64,000 bases of DNA from Vitrella brassicaformis CCMP3155 (taxonomy: Eukaryota; Protista; Chromerida), in contig CDMY01000240.1 in NCBI GenBank assembly GCA_001179505.1, positions 62,001 through 126,000 of the forward strand. The letters run 5' to 3'. A program made the position numbers and the translations under genes. Positions 56,570 to 64,000 of the stretch are shown piece after piece (within the stretch, counting starts at the first letter, position 1; each line of letters starts with the position of its first letter). A model generated the notes under the pieces. The model worked only from the letters and a program-made list of their open reading frames with translations, made no database searches and was not told the DNA's origin.

Positions 56570-59211
56570 ATGCAGGGCGGTTATCCCCCGCCAGGCATGA
56601 TGCCGGGCGTCTTCCCGATGACCGGCATGCCCATGGGTGAGGGAGTGAGGATCACCTGACCGACTGAGCTAAGCACACACACGCTGACTGACAATGGTTA
56701 CCTCTCTCTCTCCGTGTTTGTGTTTGTGTGTGTGGAGGGATGGCGCCGTTTGCGATGCCGATGATGGCGCCGACGGTGAGTGAACAAGGAACAGACATTC
56801 CTTGCTGTCAATGCCTGCCTGCCTGGGTGTGTCATGTCAGGCCATCCCACCTGCCCGCACATACAGCACAGGGGCACCGCCACCCACCCTCCGTAAGTGA
56901 AGTGACCGTACCGGACACACAGCACAGACGCACAGACAGACTCATGCCTATGTGTCTGTGTGTCCATGCAGTTTCCCGTGTGCGGGAGAGCTCCCTCACG
57001 ACAGTCTATGTGGGCCGCATTCCGCCTAACGTCGATGACGACTTCATGAGGCAACTGCTCACAGTACACAGACGCAGCCACCCAGACACACACGGCGGCA
57101 CAGCACAGATCATCTCTCTCTATCTCTCTCTCCGTGTGTGTGTGTGTAGGAGTGTGGCCGCGTGATGTCGTGGAAGCGCACCAAAGACCCGACGACACAA
57201 AAGCTGGCGGTGTTTGGGTTTTGCGAGTTCGAGTCGCCTCAGGGGGTGCTGCGGGCTGTCAAGCTTCTCAACGACCAGACACTCGGCGAGAAACAGCTGC
57301 AGGTGCGGGGCGTGTGTTGGAGAGATGGATGGAATGGACGGATGGCTGTGTTTGTGTGGCTGGTGTGTCAGGTCAAGACCGAGCAGAAGGTGACGGACTA
57401 CGTGGAGAACTGGCGGGTCAACCACCTCAGAGAACTCAAAGCAAAGGTGGAAAGAGACCCACACACCCACACACCCATACACCCACACAGACAGACAGAT
57501 AGACAGACAGACAGCGAGGTATCTGCTCCTCCTTCATTCTCTCCCTCTCTCTCTCTGTGTGTGTGTGTGTCCCTGTCTGTGTGTGTCCATCCTTCACCGA
57601 TTCACCCATCAGAAGCAGCAGGAGAAGGAGGGGAAAGAGGGCGAAGGTGGTGAGGGTAAGGGCGAGGGTGAGGAGGGCACTGTTGGTGAGGCGGGCATGT
57701 CGGCGGCCGACGCCGAGAAGGCGGTCGAGGAGGAGCTCGCCGCAGAGGAGGCCCGCGTCAAGGAGGCCATCACCCAGATGATCGCTGACAAGAACAAAGA
57801 ATTCGAGAATGAGGCAGCGGTGAGGGAAAAAGGCAAAAAGAGGGGCGTGCAGCGAGCGCACAGGAACACCACTCTCCCTCCCTCCCTCCCTGTGTGTATG
57901 TGGTGGTATTAGGCCGAAGCAGCAGAGAAGGAGCGACGGTCCAAGACTCGCGAGAGAGAGATCACGTAAACCCTACACACACACACACGAACTGAGGGGG
58001 AGAGGAGAGAGACTGATGTCCATCCATCTGTGTGGGTGTGTGTCGCGCAGGCGTCCCCCCGGCCGCCCCAAGCAGGAGGCGTGGAAGGGCGTCACGACAC
58101 ACTATGTCGTCAACCCTCGCGAGAAGGCGCGGGAAAACGCCAGGAAGGAACGGCAAATCACTCTCGACAAGTAAGTAAACCACACACGCGCACACACTCA
58201 AGAGGGATAGAGAGAGAGAGAGAGATCCAGACACCCACACCCACCCACTCTGGATGCAGGGACTATGCCCGCAAAGAGCGTGAGTGGGACAGAGAGGAGG
58301 AGCGGCGCCACCGTGAGAAGAAGCGCGCTGCAGAGGAGGAATCTAACAGAGAGAAGCACGAACGCGATAAGAGGCGACTCATCGAGAAGGACCTCGACGG
58401 TCAGTCAGTGCCCCGCTCGTCCAGACATACAGAGTGCACTGCACACTGACTGAGGGATGGTTGTGTGTTGTGTGTGCAGATGACGAGCAGTGGTCCAAGA
58501 GGAAACGGCAGGAGAAGCGCCACAAACGGGCGCTCGAAAGGTGAGCGAGATGAGAAAGAACGTTGCCCCCCACATATCTATGTGTGTGTGTGTGTGTGTG
58601 ATGGCAGAGAGGCCGACGACATCGATCGCAACGAGGAGGCAGAGGAGATCGAGATACAGAGAATTGCGGTGCGCCTCCACACCACCACACACATACACAC
58701 AGACACACACACCCCACCATCAATCTCCCCCCTCTCTCCTCTCTCTCCCTCTCTGTCTGTCTGTCTGTGTCTGTGTGTCCATCGCCCCCTGCCCTGCATG
58801 CAGGCCGCCGAGGCCGCCGAGCAGGCCCGCCGTCAGCGTGAGAAGGAGCTGGAGGATGAGCGTGAGATGCTGGCCCAGATCGAGAGGGAGAAGGAGGCTC
58901 AGCGGCACCGGGAGATGGAGCGACGGCGGATTCAGGAGGTCGAGGCGCTCGCCGAGAGACAGCGGGCCGAAGAGGAGGAGAGGTGACCTCACCGCATGAA
59001 GGAGGGCGTTGTGGACGAAGTGGTGCGTTAATGTGGTTCATGTGGTGGTGTGGATGCAGGCGGCGGGCTGAGGAGGAGAAGGTGCGGATGGCTTTGGCTG
59101 GGGGCGAGTGGGGCGGCGCCGCCGAGGTCAGTGTGTGTGCGAAGAATGGCGGGTGATCCGCGTGTGTGCATCTCTCTCTCTCCCTGTTTCTCTGTCTGTC
59201 TGTCTGTCGTC

Positions 59212-59243
<32 letters not shown>

Positions 59244-60089
59244 CCTGTGTGTGTGTCAGTCGATGCGGAGGCCCCAGCCGTCCCCCCCGAAGCTGGATGT
59301 CTTCGGCGATGACCACGATGAGTGCGGCATCTTCAGCAGGAAACACAAGCCGCTGACCAAGCTGGAGGAGCACTACGACCGGACAAACATACAAATCGCA
59401 GAGTAGGTGGCGGGAACGACACTCACGGGATGGGGCGCCATCTGTCTGTCTGTCTGTCTGTCTGTTTGTGTCAGGGAGGTTCGGAAGAAGCGCCTGGAGA
59501 TCGTGCAGCAGATTGTCCAGCAGTAAGTATGACCCACAGCACATAAATGGGCAACACATACACACACACCTCTGCTGGCCTTCGCTCGTTGGTTGGCACA
59601 GGATTCCGTCGGAGCGTGACGAGCTGTTCAACTACCCCATCGAGTGGCCCGTCATCGAACACGTAAGCCGCTGGTTGATGATGTGCCCATTCATTCCCTC
59701 TGAGGCCATCATGTGTGTGTCTGTAGGCTGCTGTTGTGGAGGCGTCACTCAAGCCGTGGATCAAGAAGAAAGTCATCGAGCTGCTCGGTACGTCCCATCC
59801 TCATTTTTTCCCCCCACCCACTCCCACAGAGAGATATCGATGGCTGGCTGGCTGGATGGATGGATGGATGGAGAGAGATCTGCGTGTGGCTGCAGGGGGT
59901 GAGGAGGAGGAGGTCTGCGCCTTTGTGGTCTCGGAGCTCAACAAGCGGTGCTCCCCCCTCGACCTCCTCGCCACCGTGGGCGTCTTCCTCGACCAGGAGG
60001 CCGAGGGCTTCATCGTCAAGCTGTGGCGGATGCTCATCTTCGAGCAGCTCAAGAGGCAACACCCAACTCTGTCCAAGGACGGGCCGTAG
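56570..60089 (+). CDS. RBM25: RNA-binding protein 25 / Snu71-like splicing factor (RRM, RE/RD-rich, PWI)
   Basis: Pro/Met-rich start and RRM (TTVYVGRIP...SWKRTKDP...FGFCEFE). A charged Arg/Glu region is followed by IPSERDELFNYPIEW and the PWI domain LKPWIKKKVIELLG|GEEE...FLDQEAEGFIVKLWRMLIFE. About 20 exons. Confidence 0.9.
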
Positions 60090-60838
60090 CTAATGGTCTG
60101 AGGGTGCGGTGTGTGCGTGTGGGTGTCTGTGAGTCAAGGACGCTCTCGTGCCTGCGCGTGGCTGCGACATGGTTCGATTTATCGCGCGCATGCATTCTGC
60201 CTGTGCACGGAAGGTCCCAAGAAAACTGTCCGCTCACCAACCCCACTCTCGCGCTCACCACGCACCCTCCCTCTCTCTCTCTCTCTCTCTTTGCCGTTCC
60301 CACCCAGAAACCAAGTGCAAAGAAAGCCGACACAGTTTCACCTGGTCGGCCTGCATTCGGTCAGCAGACGGGCAGGCAAAGAGAGAGAGAAAGAAACAGA
60401 GAGCTACCCGACAGGACACACTCATACACACAGACAAGCTCATGTGCCCTGCGACCAAAGTGCATCACGCCAGCCACAAAAAACCTTTCTTGTCCATTCT
60501 CTTTTCTGCTCTTCTGATCGTCTGTCTGGTGCGGGGGCGTCGGGGTAGGGAAGCCCCTCTCGTCCACGCACAAACACACACTCTCTCTCTCACACTCTCT
60601 CTCACCCACGCACAAAAGGCCCCGATTGCTCAATTTGTCTGAGTCCGTCGGTCTCTCTCTCTCTCTCTCTCTCTGTGTCTGTCAGCAAAAAGAGACGCCT
60701 CTGACTTGGTCAGGGCCAGCCAACCAACGGTGAACCACACGGGAGAAAGAGGGAGAAAGGCACACACACTCTCATGCACACAGACACATAACACACACAC
60801 GCAGACACGAGGAAAGCCGCCTGTGGGCCTGGTGGTGT

Positions 60839-61404
60839 CTAGATGAGGTGCTCCTCCTCGACCACCTTGTCAGCCAGACGCAGCCACACCTACACCACAC
60901 ACATTCCCCCATTTGCTGAAGTGTGTGTGGTGGCCACCCCCCCCNNNNNNNNNNNNNNNNNNNNNNNNNNNNNNNNNNNNNNNNNNNNNNNNNNNNNNNN
61001 NNNNNNNNNNNNNNNNNNNNNNNNNNNNNNNNNNNNNNNNNNNNNNNNNNNNNNNNNNNNNNNNNNNNNNNNNNNNNNNNNNNNNNNNNNNNNNNNNNNN
61101 NNNNNNNNNNNNNNNNNNNNNNNNNNNNNNNNNNNNNNNNNNNNNNNNNNNNNNNNNNNNNNNNNNNNNNNNNNNNNNNNNNNNNNNNNNNNNNNNNNNN
61201 NNNNNNNNNNNNNNNNNNNNNNNNNNNNNNNNNNNNNNNNNNNNCCCCCCCCCCCCCCCCCCCCCTTGCTGACTGACCTCATTGTGTCTGTTGAAGAATC
61301 GGAAGGGCGGGTCATACCCCGCCACGTACAGCACGGGCGCGTCGGGGTCCGAGTACTTCTCGCCACGCTCCTATGTCACACACAACCACACACAGCCACA
61401 CACA

Positions 61405-61440
<36 letters not shown>

Positions 61441-62444
61441 TGACACCCAACACACCAGAGGGAACTCCCTGACTTGACTGACCTCTATGTCCTTGGTGAG
61501 GGTCTCGATGTGCGGCACGATCTTCTTCTCATAGTTGTAGGTAAACCCCCCGTACTGCGTCACAGCCACACGCATCGGGGGACGCTTCTGCAGGTACACC
61601 TGCACACACACACACACACGTGTGATGATGGGTATCATGGTGACGATTTGCGCATGTGTGTGTGTGTGGTACATCAGGATTAGTGGGTTTGGGCGGGTTG
61701 GCGACGCTTTCAGAGATGTAGAAGGACACCACAAAGTCGGAGCCGCAGGCCGGGCCGGGACCGGCCATCACCTCAGTCAACACAGGGGCTGTGTGATCCA
61801 CACACACATACGCATCCCTGTGTGTTGCCGCGCCATTTGGCCGCTGCCAGTCATTTCATTGCTCACCCGTCATTTCGATCTTGGTGCCGTTGTCATTCTG
61901 CCCGCTGATATAGCCAAACAGGCGCTGGAAGCCTGTCGCACCGACCTATATCAGACAGACAGCACACACACGTCAGGCGGCGGCAGGCGTCAGGTGTTGT
62001 GTATTGTCTGTCTGTCTCCCTGCTTACCATGTTCCAGTCAGTGGTCTGTATCTTGGTCGACACCCACATGGTCGGGCCGTAGGTGCGCTCCTAACGTTCA
62101 CACACGACACCACACCACACAGCCATACACACACACACATACACACATGCACATGCACAGAACATGCAGCCACTCGCCGAACTCATGCACCTCATAGTTG
62201 GTCTTTTCATCGGACGTCTGGATCTCGAACTCGGGGCAGTCGATGTCATGGCTGCCACCACCACACACATACCCGCCACAGCACACAAGACACACAGAGA
62301 TGAAGGAACATTCTGGTGTCTTGATGCATGTTTGCATGGCTGGCTGCCTCAGTGCAGTGCACGTGACGCTCACCAGAACCAGGGCTTCTCCCACTCGCCC
62401 ATGGCGGCGCCGACCAGCAGCAGCAGGGGGACTAGGACCTTCAT
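60839..62444 (-). CDS. SOUL family haem-binding protein with signal peptide
   Basis: MKVLVPLLLLVGAAMG leader. Spliced motifs KPWFCHDIDCPEF, FWRLFGYISGQNDNGTKIEMTAPV, VSFYI...PPKPTNPD and YVAGYDPPFRFFNRHNE|VWL are characteristic of SOUL/HBP. A gap lies in the last intron. Confidence 0.88.
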
Positions 62445-62587
62445 GGCTGTGTGCGTCTGCGAGTGTTTTGTGTGCGGGATAGAGAGAAGAGAAGAAGCAG
62501 CAGAAGGTGCCCAAGTGATGCCAAACCACACAATCAAAGGGCAAACCCCTCCAGACAACCGCTCCCTCCAGACGAGCGAGCTCAGAG

Positions 62588-62875
62588 TGTCAGAATAGGG
62601 GGGAGAGAGTCGGGGAGAATGGTGAAGAGAGGATCTGCCGGGCGGTCAGTCCCGGATAAAGGATTAAGTCAATGCAACGTAAGGTCTGTGGATTTTGTGG
62701 AGAGTCCATGTAGGACATGTAGTATGCGTCAGTCCATTCTGTCTGACGTCCTGTCCGCCATGGCCTGTCTCATGGAACGGACAAAGACTCAACAGCCGTC
62801 CTGTCTCACAGATCAGTGGATCGTCGGTCTATGAACCCTAGACCCTAAACCCTGGACCGACTTGCACTTCTGACA
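62588..62875 (-). repeat. 288-bp LTR with 8-bp terminal inverted repeats
   Basis: TGTCAGAA ... TTCTGACA at 62588-62595 and 62868-62875. Confidence 0.85.
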
Positions 62876-63245
62876 CCCCCTCTCAAGTCGGTGCAGAGTT
62901 AGGACATGAATCTCCATAAAACTATAACTGAAACTCCGCGCGTGAGGTCTTCGCCACCTTGAGATCTGCACATAGGAGCCCTTCGCAAGAAGAAAGATCA
63001 GAAAGAAACGCGTCCAAGGCCATCAGAGGGGCGCAAGGACAAGAGAAGCATAGTGAAGCCGCAGATCCAGATAGCGGACATCACCATCGGAGAGAAGCGA
63101 AGGAGTGCTCCAGTGCAACCTCAAGCAAGTGGCTAAAACCACACAAGCGAGATAAACACTTCATAACAAGTTCTGCCTGCCTGTTATCCTCTGACTCAGG
63201 TACTCGTGTGCCTCTCTGCCCAGCCCCTTAGTCAGTATGTCAGCG
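62588..63245 (-). mobile_element. Ty1/copia LTR retrotransposon 3' end (RNase H C-terminus, PPT, 3' LTR)
   Basis: ADILTKGLGREAHEYL..RI motif (63161-63245) is typical of the copia RNase H end. The PPT cttgagaggggg (62876-62887) immediately precedes TGTCAGAA. The rest of the element is beyond the gap. Confidence 0.85.
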
Positions 63246-63545
63246 NNNNNNNNNNNNNNNNNNNNNNNNNNNNNNNNNNNNNNNNNNNNNNNNNNNNNNN
63301 NNNNNNNNNNNNNNNNNNNNNNNNNNNNNNNNNNNNNNNNNNNNNNNNNNNNNNNNNNNNNNNNNNNNNNNNNNNNNNNNNNNNNNNNNNNNNNNNNNNN
63401 NNNNNNNNNNNNNNNNNNNNNNNNNNNNNNNNNNNNNNNNNNNNNNNNNNNNNNNNNNNNNNNNNNNNNNNNNNNNNNNNNNNNNNNNNNNNNNNNNNNN
63501 NNNNNNNNNNNNNNNNNNNNNNNNNNNNNNNNNNNNNNNNNNNNN

Positions 63546-64000
63546 AGACTTTGCGAAGAGATGACGCAACCAGCAGAGAGAAAAGAGAGCTTTCTGCCGT
63601 GAGCTGACTCAGCCGAAGCGAAGAACAGAGAGAACGCCATTTTCGCGAAAGCCGTCTCCGTCTCAAATTCTCGCCAAAATGGAAATTTACCTCCTGGCAA
63701 CACTGCTGTCGGATGCCAGCTCTGTCCACACGTGTGGACAATCGGTGTCAATCGGTGTGCGCCTGCACGTGTATATGCTGTCGACAGGCGCCACGCGACA
63801 TCTAACTTACAAAGGGAGAGAGAGGGTTCGGCGATGTATCAATCGTGAGGAAGAAACGAATCGGCTGCAGAGATGAATGACGACAGCCAGCAGCCAACTT
63901 GAGATGCCCTCCTGACAACCGAAACCCTCACGGCAGACAGAGCCCCCCACTCGTTCAACGAACAAACACCAGACAGACAGACAGACAGGCAATGAGAGAG
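63546..64000. repeat. Kinase upstream block, copy 3 (implies another kinase copy or fragment at the gap)
   Basis: Matches 51463-51920 and 52935-53400. Confidence 0.85.

Noticed and set aside
60087-60841. Genome-wide reassignment of TAG to an amino acid
   Set aside because: TAG terminates RBM25 and SOUL at their expected ends, conserved genes contain no internal TAG, and paralogues imply different residues at interrupted sites.
63161-63751. Single ORF joining the kinase upstream block to the copia RNase H end
   Set aside because: It is an artefact of translating through the 300-N gap. The two sides are unrelated sequences.

Overview
This is eukaryotic, GC-rich, intron-dense genomic DNA. It has short GT-AG introns full of (CA)n/(GACA)n/(GA)n microsatellites and seven 300-N scaffold gaps. 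The style and a plastid-targeted homogentisate solanesyltransferase point to a plastid-bearing alveolate, most likely the chromerid Vitrella; this is inference, not a database result. Conserved-type genes are HST, a GT92-like glycosyltransferase, a MORN-repeat protein, RBM25/Snu71 and a SOUL haem-binding protein. A ~16-kb multi-exon gene encodes a polycystin-1-like receptor: signal peptide, Ig-like domain, Cys-modules, Myxococcus-type Cys repeats, REJ, a variant GPS motif, TM1, an IQ-like loop and 4 more TMs, with no channel domain. At least nine copies of one lineage-specific superfamily are scattered through the window. They share a largely intronless core but carry three different N-termini (one F-box-like) and two different conserved C-termini (one CaaX-like), and most copies are decaying. 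The window also holds a tandem array of divergent protein kinases associated with a 150-bp minisatellite, a CRE-like non-LTR RT fragment and the 3' end plus LTR of a Ty1/copia element. All exon boundaries were read by eye and are approximate.
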